Shown here one piece after another: positions 14,937 through 28,019 of a DNA stretch of 64,000 nucleotides. A program made the translations under genes and the position numbers. Numbering within the stretch: the stretch's first letter is position 1; the number at the start of each line of letters is the position of its first letter. The DNA comes from Trichoplax adhaerens (lineage: Eukaryota > Animalia > Placozoa). The notes under the pieces are model-generated. The model did no database searches. It was not told where the DNA came from and saw only the letters and a program-made list of their open reading frames with translations. The stretch lies in NCBI RefSeq assembly GCF_000150275.1, contig NW_002060943.1, positions 5,786,008 to 5,850,007 of the forward strand. The letters run 5' to 3'.

Positions 14937-17275
14937 TCAATCAGATATATAAAGCACTATGGATTCGATCTTTAGGAATGAGCGATATAGTGCTACAACG
15001 AATAGAAAAATAGAATTTCAATACTGGTTATGTCTAATATTGTTCTAACGCTAGTATTACTACTATCATTTAGTTCGTTATTAGAATCCTAGATATGTTA
15101 ATATTCTCAATGCTTAAAACTGAGAAATAAGTTAAAAACTGCATTACCTAATTGAGCGTGCGAATATGAAATATTTCACTTGCTTATGAATATTTGTATG
15201 GCATGTATATATGTTCTCATATTAGGATGATATTAATACATTTTTATAAGCAATCATTGTGCTTTATAGTACTTACGGACTTTTTAATGAATAATAAATG
15301 ATTATAACTTGACTGTAAAATTTCAACTTAATTATCTACTGAACTAGACTAGAGTAACGCTTCCATAGTATCAGCACTATTACATGATAATTTTGTGCAT
15401 TAATTCATAAAATACCAGTAATAGTAGCCAATACATCGATATTTTATATGAATAACCATGTTAAATATAAATTTAATACAGTAATATGAAGCCATGAGTT
15501 TACTACCATTAACTCATTCGTTTCTGACGACAACTCAACTGTGCCATAACTACCAAAAATTACTATTAACACTAGTTTTTCTAACTACTGACCTTGATAT
15601 CTTACCTTTAGGCTACAAGCGTAGTCTGCAGTACATGGCTATTTTATGAAATCTATTTAACTAATTACATTTTATGAATAAATTGTGGCTTGTAGTAGAA
15701 ATTATTGAATATAAATTAACATTACCATATTATCGCTTTTCTCTATCTAGGATCACCATATGATAAACTTTACGGTCTACAAGATATTATAATCATAAAT
15801 CAATAATAAATTTATCGCTTTCTTATCTATAGAAGATACTAAAGTTTAAATCCTTTAAAAAGTTTATGACATTTATTCGCCGGTTATAAAATAATATTTC
15901 TGTAAGCCAATTTACAGTTTCACTTGCATAACCTTAAATGCAATTGCGAAAATGTTAGAGTCATGACATAAAGAATATAAACAAATATTAGATATCTACG
16001 ATAATGCACGCAATTAATTTAGTGTGTTATAACAGGTCGTTATAAATTGACATATTAGAGGTACATAATAATCATGCTGTATAAGAATCTATCTATGTTA
16101 AAAGAACAAATTCTATGTACAGTATAAAGGCCTAGCACTTGTAAGAAATACGAAAATCATTTACAGTAGAAGTTTGTACAGGAATATCTAAAGTACGGTG
16201 GTTAATAGTTCTTTTGTAAATGAGGCACTGTTGCTACGAAAATTTATGTCACTTAAGGTAGTTCCATATAGAAGAAAGGAAAGCAATCGCGAAAAAATAT
16301 CAGAAATCAAATGCATGCACATCCACGTATGTCATTTTGCGATATTAAGTATACAGTAGGAGCATATTAGCTGACAATTGCAAATATGTTAGGGAGACAC
16401 AGTAGAACGTTATGCGGCTAGTTCTTGTAAACCAATTAAACCAGTTTAATATAAGCCAAATACTTGCAAGAAATATTACTGCACTTAAGGAGCAGAAATC
16501 GCATATTTTAGAAATATCTATTCCCAGCTAATACTGTTCCATATAAATATAGTGCTGACATGGAATAGTCGTAATTTCTTACTTCTCTATCCTATGACAA
16601 TCGCTTAATTTATGCATTGAAAATAATTGTCGTCAGGATATATAGTTTAGCAGCCATTATATTATTTCACTTCCTTGTCTTAAGTAATAATACAGCATTC
16701 TTTATTCAGTAAAATAACTCCTCCCAGTTCCTACAGCTACATTGTCCATTAATTTGTACCATCGCATTTCCGACACATAACTATGTACTACTGAAACAGG
16801 TTTATAAGCACATTCTAACACTGTTTATTACATAAAAATTAGTTACTGCTATGCCCGTATATTGGTTGTCTCAGACTCCGTTCGGGATAATAATAACGCA
16901 GTACAGTACATTAACAATATGTTTCACAAAGAGTGTATGTGTAATGGATAGTATATAATTTATATAATCAATTCACGCTTATACTGTATGATTCGATATT
17001 CATCTGTTGATATTTCGATGGTATGACGAATCAGCAAGTACTGAAGTAGTCTTTGTAAGAACACTACTTATCATATAATTATAGCTTTGGCGCAGTCCTT
17101 AGGTAGACTTGCTACCTGTTAAGTTGAAAAAACGTGAAACTGTCTGCAATAGAATGATCCGACTCAGACATTAGGTGTGCCATGGTGATCAAACACTTAC
17201 TAATTGGATCAATGTTGACGATCAACTGGACTGCCAATTTAGAATTCGTAATTTAAACGATCACTTGGTAAATCT

Positions 17276-20200
17276 ATGGAGTACGTGATGGGCAGCTCAT
17301 CACGAAAAATAGTCATGCTATGGTTTATATCAATGATAACACTTTCTGCCAGCATTATTGTTGAAGGAGTTCATGAAAGCAACAGATGTCAACAATATCG
17401 TGAGAAACGGTGCCAATTTAATATTTCATCCGTTTATAGCTTCTCTGGTACGTGTTCGTCAAAGATTAATTTTTTCAGATTAGTTCGTGTCCCACATTCC
17501 ATCTTTACTGTCTCAAGGGGTAGATATTTCATAATAAATACAATCTCTAAGTTTCTTCGTAGTAGTACCTTGCTTGGCTCCATCAATCCGCTAGCTCAAG
17601 CAGTAAGGTACCTTACCTTACTATTAATTAAATTAAAACTAGGAACGAATTTATATTTCAGTTATTACATATTTACCGGTACTCAATCTATCTAAACGAA
17701 ATTATATTCCAATAAATGAAAAGAATTTCTTTTTCATCAGTTACGAAAACGACTAACGAAATGATTCTCTTTTTAACAGTCTCTCCAGTTTATTACACTC
17801 ATTGCAATTTTGATAGCGATACTTGCGGTTGGAGCCAACTGAAGAATATTGATTTCTTTGATTGGACTCGTTCTAAAGGCAGCCTTCCCAGTGCTGGTAC
17901 ACGATCACTGTATGATCATACACAAAATAATGGTTAGTTGCTTAGCTTAAAGTTAATATTTGACGATAGTAAACACAAGTGTAGCTAGTGAAACTGAACC
18001 GTACAAAACTGCTACACGTTCTGTTAAATATATATGTTACGGCCTACGCGTATTGGCCAACTTCGGGTTTTGGCCGTAACCTATGTTATACGTGCTCGAG
18101 CAAGTAAAATTGATATTTACGATTCTTTAATGAATCTTTGACAATTAGAAGTAATCCTATGGAAAAATTTAGAATAATTTAAGTTTGTATTATAGGTTCT
18201 GGTTTTTACATGTACATTGACGCATCGGTAAACAATTACGGAACTTATGCGGATTTGATTAGTCCACCGTTACAATTATCGGCAGTTGGTGATAAAATAA
18301 GGGTCAGCAATCCTATTCGTACAGAAATTGTACTTATGATTGTTTTCAATCTCTTACTAACAAACAAATAAACTTAAAAGCGATTGATGAAGATGAATTG
18401 ATAGTTAATTATTGTAATGCTATCGTAATCGACGATAGTCGTAGATCGCAAGTGTAAAAGAATTTTATGGCATGGCTAATCGTATGTTTGCGTTCATGAT
18501 CTTACACATTGTCCAATTCATTTTATAGATTTCATTTTATTATCATGCATTTGGTTCAAGCTTGGGAGAGCTTCATGTCTATGTTGTATATCCTAGGCAC
18601 GAAAACGCCTTCCATGTACTTCATAAGATTAAATCGAACTCTATAAATTCTTGGCGGCTGTATACAAAGAGTTTCACTCTCAAATACAGTACCTATCATG
18701 TAAGTAGCTAATAACAAATATGAATATGAGGACTTTGCCATGTCCATTTATATTATTTTTATTTAAAATAATGTATAAGCTCTGTCTTCCATAACTACGC
18801 AAGATTTGAAACTTAATAAATAAATATATTCAGAATATGTCACTAGCCTATAAATACTAAGTACTAATTAGTAAACTCTTATCGATCGTTCAATTTCTAT
18901 CGCATTTGATTTCCATTGCTTACTATAATGATGAAAAGATTTTACTTCGAGGAATGGTTGGATCGACCCACTCTAGTAATATTGCTATTGACGATATCAG
19001 CGTTTTATCAGTTGGTAAGGCTATAATTAAGTGTCGGATTATGCATCTACTCCATATGCCTAAGTTTCGTTACTGATCAAAAAATAAATTCTTTTTCTAT
19101 CATCAGAAACATCTTGCTACACCAGTCATGGTGAGTTTTACCGTGGAACAGAAAATTACGCCAGAAATGGCAGCGTTTGCCAAAATTGGCATTCTTTTAA
19201 TTTGACCACTAGCTACGCCACTGCTAACCATTTAATGTCAAACTATTGTCGGAATCCCCTTGGATCGACTCGAAATCATCCATGGTGCTTTACAGATACT
19301 TTAACACGTCAGTGGCAATACTGTAATATTTCTAGATGCAATCCATTGCTCATTCCTACTCCAGCCTATCCGTTGGGAAGTGAGTAAATGGATACATGAT
19401 TAATAGAATCGTCCTTGATTTTAAGATCGAAAAGGGCCTATTAAGCATAATACTCGTATACTACAATTTTTATTCATTTCTATTTAATAACATTTTACTT
19501 TACTTCTTCTCTAATTAAAGCTCCCTATCCGTTAAGTTTTGTCCACAATTTAGTAGAACAAACCAATGTTGGTCGAGTAGTTTTGTATCATAATGGACAG
19601 TGGGGTACTATATGTAGAGCTGGTTTAAAGGCCTCTACAGCTGCTCTCATGTGCCAGAGCTTCGGAATTGGCACCGTCGGACAACTAACGAGTATGTAAT
19701 TTTACTTGAGGCATGCAATGTTTCTTGTGAATCATTAACAGTTACGGAGATCATTACGCGTTACCATCATTACAATTAAACCTGTCTCGTGCTTTCCATT
19801 ACAACTATTACAGCTAATAGATATATAGGTGTTGATCCTGTTTGGCTAAATGGTTCCAGTATAAATTGTCAAAATTCGACATCCATATCGGCCTGTACTT
19901 TCAATCCTAGGGGCAGTATATGCCCTAATACATTGGATGCATGGATAGCTTGCAGTTATGTAGCAGGTTAAAACTAATATAAGTTCAAAAATGTCAAAAA
20001 TAATTCATGATTTGATATGGCAGTTACCATACCAGATAGCTAAATATCTTTTAGAAGCTATAAAGGAGATAACTGTTGTAGGTGCTATTAGTATACGCGC
20101 TTTGCCTATCATCAAATAAGTACGGTTGAAAAACTGGGAAGTAACAAGCTAGGATAGTAAATTAATTACCAGGATTTCATATTTTGACCTACTATAATTT

Positions 20201-23200
20201 TCTCGTAACGATATGCATTATAACCATCTAATTAATAATACTCTAGCAGCACTAGTTTTACGATCCTAATTCTATACAACTATCGGCTTACGCGCGCCAA
20301 TTAGTTTCTTGCTGTCGTTTAAAAATGACTAGGTATTAGTGAAATATTTCGAAAACAAATGTGCACCTAATTGTGGATTATGTTAATATAAAATAATGAT
20401 ATGAGCATGCCAAACGATCACCTCCGCTTTCTAGAGATTATATATAAGCACTTTATTAATCATCAATTTGCTAATCTAAAACTTACCTTAAAGATATCAA
20501 CTAATACACGAATTTTTGTATAACATCTCGTGATTAACTATTGTGAAAAAATTAAAGCTTCTACGAGGTATAACATATCACTTTCTAGTGGAGGAAATGA
20601 TACTAGTGGCGTTATTTATGTTGGAGTTAACGATCGATATGGTATCATCTGTTTTTCGGCTTGGAATTTAAATAGTGCTGATGTCGCCTGTCGACAAATG
20701 GGATACATTGGAGCCTATTCTTCTAATGGTACGCACTATGTATAACGGATTATTGATATGCATCGGAAATATAAGTTTTGACATTGTCAGTTATATCACT
20801 TAATTTCAGTTACGACTAGTACCTACCCAACGAGATCGGTATTGATCGATTTAATTGAATGCAATGGCTACGAAAGTTCAATTGGCCAATGTAAAGCATT
20901 GATAGTTTCATCATCCTCTTCCTGTCTTTCAACCAGTATTGCTACAGCTTCATGCAATTCCGGCCAAAAGTCATACAGTGAGTTGATATTGTAACAAAGG
21001 ATAGCCTATCCTAAATTATGCTTGTTTCCTAGATAAAAATGAAGTGATTGGGTTGCCCATTAAACAGCAGCTAGTTAAAAATTTACAACATAGGATATTT
21101 TATGTACGGCAGACAAGTATTACTCATGTTTGCATCTTTTAGCAGAACGTAATGCTATAATATTTCATGCCTCAAAGTAAAATAATTTACCCGCATAATA
21201 CAGGCATGATTTTTTATTACAAGTAATAAACAATTACAACTCTGCCATTGCTGTTAACTTGTTGCTGCAGTAAATATTATAGTAAATGTTGCCTAAATGG
21301 ATAGTCTATACTTGATTATATTATCACAAATAATAAAATTCTATGCTATTTGAAAGCAATACGTTAGCATTACAATACAAGATGCAGTTGTTTACATGAA
21401 TTATAATGTAAGGAAATAATGTACAATGTTTTTAATTATACAATGATTTAAGCAATGATAACACTATGCTTATAGATCAGTAACTGTGTAGATAAATACA
21501 TGTTTATCGTATGCGTATAGAGGAGATTAAGATGCAATTAGCAATAACTACCAAGGATACATTATTGACAATTTCGCCATATAATTATCGTTACAGCAAG
21601 CAATAATAAACCTTCCAATTGTCAGTTTGAGTATGGTTTATGTGGATGGAATACTACTGGAAATCCAACATGGATTTGGCATCCTGCTGGTACTGGACGT
21701 TTTGCAGGATTCTCAAATGGTAAGTTATAACTCAACTCTATTACCTAGCTATTTAAGCAGGAACTGATAGGAAGCAAAAACGTATTCAATTCATATTAAT
21801 AGATATGTCGTACTTACAACTTGTAAGGCCACCTGGTTATGCAAATCCAATTACAGCCGTATTTAGCAGTCCACCTTTCGAAAGGATAGATACTAGTGTC
21901 TATGTAAGAACTTCGAGCCTTGGACTACAGTGTCGTAACAAAGGCACATATCTAACAGCAGTCTTGCATAGGAAGTTAATTTAATTTAATTCGACTCTAA
22001 TTTTAAATTATTTCAGATTACTTTTCGGTACATTTTGAATAGCCATTTCTCAGGAGTGTTCGAAATCCAATATGCCATGTTAACGATGCAATATTTTGAT
22101 CGCATTTACCACAATGCTTTTACATCGGCAGATTTCAATACATGGCTATCTGTTACGACGATGACATTTAGGCCTAGCAGCTCATCGCTATTTCGCGTAA
22201 GTTTGTTTACAGTTGCCCCATTTATAGGATTCAGTTGACTGACCATCAATATTACATAGCCGTACCGATAGATGAAATGAATGTTTTAGCCTTATTTCCG
22301 TTGATATCCTCATTTTTGTGGATTGAACTATTAAGTATTATGCTTCCATTGCAAATTGCAAACTATAAATCAATGCTAATTCCATTTGATTTTTAATTAT
22401 CGGTTCAAACAATTAGATTAATTTCTTTTATAAGTCACCTCCTACGTCTTCCAACTCCGAAATTAGTGTCATAGGACTAGATGATATTAGAGTTTATGGC
22501 GTCGATGGCATTCATCCTTGTACGTTGCTACTTATTCCCATCCTGACTATGATTGGAATATATCGATAGATAATTAAAGTGTTTTCATTTCGTTAACCGT
22601 TTTCTTTGATGTCTGATTTCTGCTACTATTCCTATACCATATTAATTTATTATTGGTGATTCGAATATGGCAAATATTTATTGATACATAATCACTTTGG
22701 TTCATTACAGCTCATGCTGCACATAATTTAACCCGCCTTGGAATTGGCTGTGGAGTTGGATTGACAGTCCTCATGTTTATTATTGCTTACGCCTATGTTG
22801 TTAGATATAGGCGTAGGCTTGAACGGGGTGGTAGAAGCACGATAGCAAATGTCAATTTAAATGGTCAAGGTGAAAACGGAGAAGTAACAGCTGATATTCA
22901 TTTCAATGGCGCCAGCATGAATTCTGTGCAAAATCTACCACCACCAAGTAGGTTTGAAGACTTGTGTTGACTTTAGCTCGAAATTTGCGATTATCTTTTA
23001 CTAGCTATCAGCAAATAAAATTATCAATTAGTATGACTGTACTGTAGCAAGTGGATTTAAAAAGTCTTTCGCTAGCGAGTAGGTTTGACGACGACGACTT
23101 GTGTTGACTTTCGAGTGTAAATTAGCGACTATCGTTTACTACAGTAAGTAAGACTATCCTGTACTGTAGCAATTGGATAAAATAATAATCTACCACCACC

Positions 23201-23844
23201 GAGTAGGTTGGATGCCTAGTGATTTTAGATCCTCAATTTGTGACTATTGTTTACTAAATTAAATTATCACCTAGTATGGCATAATGTTGCAAGTGAATGA
23301 AGTAATAAGCGAATGTAAAAGTGCAATATTGATCAAATGATTAATATCCTATTTGAATTGTACTAGGTTATCCAGCTGCTATAAATTCTCACGCCACTGG
23401 TAAGTTACAGTAATTGCAACTACTTTTGATAATTAATTTATCATTTAAAAAATTTCGACTAGAACTGCTGTCTACTACTTTTCATGTAAGCTTATCCTGT
23501 AATTCTACCTTTACGCTTATTCCCATATCCATTAGGTGAAACGCTATCTTCGCAATCAGGTTGTGATAATAACGATCACAACAGCGAGTTGGGAACCAAT
23601 AATTTAAGATATCAAGTTGATTCCAATAGTCAATTATCAACGAAAAGTCCTGCAGGTAGTTACTATACTGTATTTTATTAACAATCATTTTCTACACGTG
23701 CGAGTATTTTAAGTGGATAGAATAGCGTAGCTTGTCTTGGTGAAATTAATTATAGTACAGTACAGTATATAATATTTAAAATTTTTATGGCTAGACCCAT
23801 CGCTGGCACCTCCAACCTACGATCAGGCTGCGTCACGTCAATAA
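17276..23844 (+). CDS. MAM-kringle-SRCR-SRCR-MAM single-pass receptor, paralog 3 (complete, 18 exons)
   Basis: Exons 17276-17447 (signal, REKR), 17780-17932, 18196-18302, 18529-18699, 18939-19014 (MAM1), 19107-19379 (kringle), 19521-19691, 19814-19966 (SRCR1), 20558-20728, 20810-20977 (SRCR2), 21597-21719, 21803-21903, 22017-22196, 22417-22519 (MAM2), 22711-22947 (TM LGIGCGVGLTVLMFIIAYAYVV then RYRRR), 23367-23399, 23536-23655, 23795-23844 (LAPPTYDQAASRQ*). Exon structure matches paralog 2. The start could instead be the Met at 17288. Confidence 0.88.
22932..23300. repeat. Degenerate ~125-130-bp tandem triplication spanning an exon/intron junction of paralog 3
   Basis: (A/G)AGTAGGTT followed by TGTTGACTT..GCGA.TATC.TTTACTA..CTGTACTGTAGCAA recurs at ~22946, ~23077 and, more degenerately, ~23201. 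Copy 3 retains AATCTACCACCACC from the end of the exon. Confidence 0.75.
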
Positions 23845-25365
23845 CAAGCATTCCATCAATTACTTCTGCCATATCGCTTTGGAACTTAACAAGTATCTCT
23901 CCGTTGTGGAGATTTTCCAATCTATCCAATCGTTTTTGGATTTAATCAGTGTCACAACGTCGTTTGCAACAATCGGATTCCCGTTCCACACTTATCCTAC
24001 TCTCCTCTGTCCTACAGTAAAACTGCCACCAGGCGTCACTACTCGCTCCACTTCAGCGAAGGACCTCAGTCAACAGTAAAGGCGGACTAGAAGCGTCTGG
24101 ATAAATTTACTGAACTAACTTTATTAGGTCTCCGTATTTTCCTCCTCTCTAGCGAGGTAAACTACAACCTCTTATATACTTGTATCAAATCTACACCTTT
24201 TCCACCTGTTAATTATTCTTATACATAACTTAGTCTTTTCTATAACTTTGTAATCCTATTAATTACTATCGAACAAATATGTGATAATTGATATTATTAT
24301 GCGCTAATAATATTATAGCTCCAATTAACAATTTAAGATCTAACAGATTCCCTACAAGTGTGACAACCGCCATTTGGTTATTACACGTCATTGGCATATT
24401 AAGTACCTTACTTCTACACATTCGTTAATGGAAGTCCATTAACGATTGAACCTCACAATATTAACAGATCATAATATTTATGATTATCTAATCGTAACCG
24501 TCTACTTCTACTTCAATAACATTATCACATAATATCTTAAACCGTAACAATCAGTAATGACGTGGATAAATTACTGTACTATACTTATTTCCAAAGGTTG
24601 CTACCCTATTACTGTATATTATCTTAAAGTAATTGAAATATCATAGTGAAATTGCCTTTCTATACAACTAAAGTTGATGAAATCTATGTGTAATCCTTTT
24701 ACTATGTGAAGAGGCTACTGTACAATGTTAAGTTCATCATTATTTCATCAGCATTTGTCATATTTACGCCCATACAATTTTTGCAGCATAACAGGTGCTC
24801 ATTTGCCATCGTCATACTTTGCATTATTAGTATTAGTATTGTATTATTAAGAGTTGGTTAATCTATTTGTTCAACACTATTTAATTGATCCATCGTAATA
24901 TGATGGCGAATACTCGTACAGTAATCAGCTAAACATCTACTCACAACTAACATTAGTTATTTATTCAACCAAATTACCAAGTATTGTTATTTATTATACA
25001 ATTAACCGCACAAAAATATTCTTTTTTGCGGGATTATTCTTGAACACGCTGTATACCGTATTATCAACAGTAAATAAATAAATAAATAAAATTTCATGTT
25101 GCAGTGGGTGTTTACTTACCACTGGTATTATGAAGGTTAACGATAAGATTAGATTAGTTACGTTTAATTAATTAAGGCGCCATCGAGGCGGCAAAAGAAG
25201 AGATAATGATACTACTGAATTCGTGTAATGACTTAAAGATTCGTTCATCGTCTGAATGAATGCCTTTAGAGAGAACCTGGCATTCTGTTTTAACTCTATT
25301 CAATAAGACGAAGTTGTTTAGCTAAGACTTCTGACACTATCGTACATTTTGATCAAGGCTAATAT

Positions 25366-27652
25366 TTATTTATGGATTCCGCGAGAGAGAGAAGCTGCTA
25401 TCTGTCGGTAGTCACAGATTACTGTACGCTATCGATGGCGTCGAATAAATCATCTGATCAAATCCTTCAATGATAAACATCCAATTCCACCGATTGACGG
25501 TTTACTATGGTATACTGTATTTATATTTAATTATGGATTCGAGGAGGGAAGGAGGTAGCTATCTGTCGTTAGTCTGATAAGTGATGACAGTAGGTTATCA
25601 ACCGTTATCCAAGGCGACTGGATTGACACAATCACAATTTCTTCCTACTAAATCATCTGGTCAAATCCTTCAATGATGAACATCCAACGTCTACCTTTTC
25701 CGAATTAATGAATCTTTATCGCTGTATTGCAGGCGAGGAAACATGTCAAGCAAAATTCTCACCGACGCACAGGAATAGAAACTTTGCAAGTCGCTACCAT
25801 ATCTCAATCCTATATCCTTAGGGTCATTTGCTAAGTACATCATCCACTTCTATAACTCTTTGTCCATGATAGCATACAAGAAATTCAACGACAACATCCT
25901 CTCCATGTTGTTTTCAAGAATGATAAATTAATTACGATGCTATTGGTATTTCATTCACGAAACAACATGGTGCATGTCTGCAAACGCAAGTTGGACATGG
26001 CAGTGTTACACAGTCAATTGCTACTTGCCAATTTGAGTTGCCATCATTCGTTTCCATACTGCAATAATCATAAGATAGCAAAGTATTGCTATTGCTCGTT
26101 GCTAATGCAAAGGTCAATTTTAATTTGATTATCCACTACAGCATCCAGTCATGATTGCAGATAACAGTAGAAAGGCGTCAAGTAGCCATGAGGAAGTAGC
26201 CATACTGTCTATCCTTCTTTCAACTGAACGTAAGTTGCTATTGGTATTTCATTCACGAAACAACAAGGTGCATGTCTGCAAATGCAAGTTGGACATGGCA
26301 GTGTTACACTGTCAATGGCTACCTGCCAATTTGAGTAGCCATCATTCGTTTCCATACTGCAGTAATCCTAAGATAGCAAAGCATTGCTATTGCTCGTTGC
26401 TAATGCGAAGGTCAAGAGAGGAGATCAGGATGTTACTGTCCGAAAATCTTCATGCGCACCTCCAATCTCTTTCGCACGCGGCACGCATACTGGACTGCTG
26501 GAGAATATATCAAAATAATCTTGCCATTTAGCAGTCTACAAAAGCGCCGCCTTGATCTCATTATCTGCTAGTTAGCTGCATTCCTTCTTGCTGATGCTTC
26601 CACGCCAAGTTTGAACGTCTCCAGTATTGTCGAAAGGTAACAAATTTGTTTTTAGTTTTTCATTGATTGGCAAGAAGACAAAGTAGTATTGCAGCGGCAG
26701 AATATTTTCGCCTCTTGCTTGTCTATGTCAAATGAGTTCAATATCATACCCAACAGTTAAACCCTAACCAATCTAACGGGGATCTTATTATTATTAATGT
26801 ACATAAAATGTCGGATCAAGTCCAATAGACGTCTCGTCAACGAGAATAGATGGACGACTACTAATCGTATTAAATAATAAAATGTGCCATACTTGCTGTA
26901 TTATAGATGATGCTATTCTGACAATTTCCCGAATCTAATGATTGGAAAGCTAAAGTTGACTTTAAAAATTATTACTTCGGATTAAGTCCGATAGACGTCT
27001 CGACAACGCACATGGATGGATGACTACTAATCGTAATGAATAATAAAAAGTGCCGTACTTGTTGTATTCTATATGATGCTATTCTGACAATTTCCCGAAT
27101 CTAATGATTGGAATGCTAAAGTCGATTTTAAAAATATTTTAAACTTCAGAGAATAAAGTAGAAACATCCAATACAAATTTCGCTCGTACTCGTACATCGT
27201 AATGGAAGCTAATCGCCGCGTTCTGTTCTTGCGATGTAGTTCTGTTAAGGTCTTTCCACTCTTCAAATAATTATAGTTATTATTATAACTTATGAATATA
27301 GTTGGACCTACTATTTTGCATAAATTGAAAGGAATCATCAAGCTTTCAATAGTAATGATCAAACTAGAATGTAAAGTGTCTGCTTGAGCTAGTAATGGAT
27401 TGATAAACACAGAAAAGTAAAATGGCGTTGGCGGTCTTTCATAAAATTGGTATATCGCCCAGTGCACGTGTTAGTCGTTTACTCCTTTGCTTTATCTGCT
27501 ATAATTCTAAACGGTAAACTAAACAAAGTCCATCTGTATTTGTTGGTAATAATCACCCTATAATGTAAAGTGTCCTTGAGCTGATAATGGATTGACAAAA
27601 TAGAAACGTAAATGTTGTTGGCGGTTGTTCTTAAAACAAGGAATATATCGCC
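25366..27652. repeat. Cluster of local direct duplications between paralogs 3 and 4
   Basis: Pairs: ~25366-25490 / ~25527-25690; 25938-26117 / 26236-26415 (offset 298); 26811-26969 / 26977-27135 (offset 166); ~27368-27458 / ~27562-27652. Confidence 0.85.
26420..26480 (-). pseudogene. Possible relic of a kinesin-light-chain-type TPR repeat
   Basis: The minus strand reads RVRKRLEVRMKIFGQ*HPDL, resembling the (L)EIRxKxLGxxHPD consensus of KLC-type TPRs, with an in-frame stop. It sits in a relatively GC-rich decayed segment (~25740-26740). Confidence 0.35.
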
Positions 27653-28019
27653 AGGAAACCGTATGGCTCTAGACTTATCAACAACGTAATTAATCAATTG
27701 CATTAAACGGGTAAATTAATAGAAAGTCCAAATCATGGCTTTATAGCCAAGTTGTCAAGTACCATCAAATTGTTCCATAAACTTACCTTTAAGAATTTAA
27801 AAAGCAAATTACCGTAGTAAACTACGATTTCTTGCAAAATGGAAAGTCGGCGACGTCCACTTTGTCTACAAACTTTAAAATCGAAATTTTTATTCGAGAG
27901 TCCAATCTTAATTAGTTATACTTCACTTGCATTTTTGGATTCTTTGCCAGGACAAGAAAAGACAAAAACCATAAAGCGATTAAGGAATTAGGTCTAGCTG
28001 TAATAACATTAACTAAAGC

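Noticed and set aside
25932-26531. Cys/His-rich ORFs as zinc-finger or metallothionein-like genes
   Set aside because: They arise from a 180-bp duplication in decayed sequence, the two copies differ in stops, and there is no coherent splice structure or Cys spacing.
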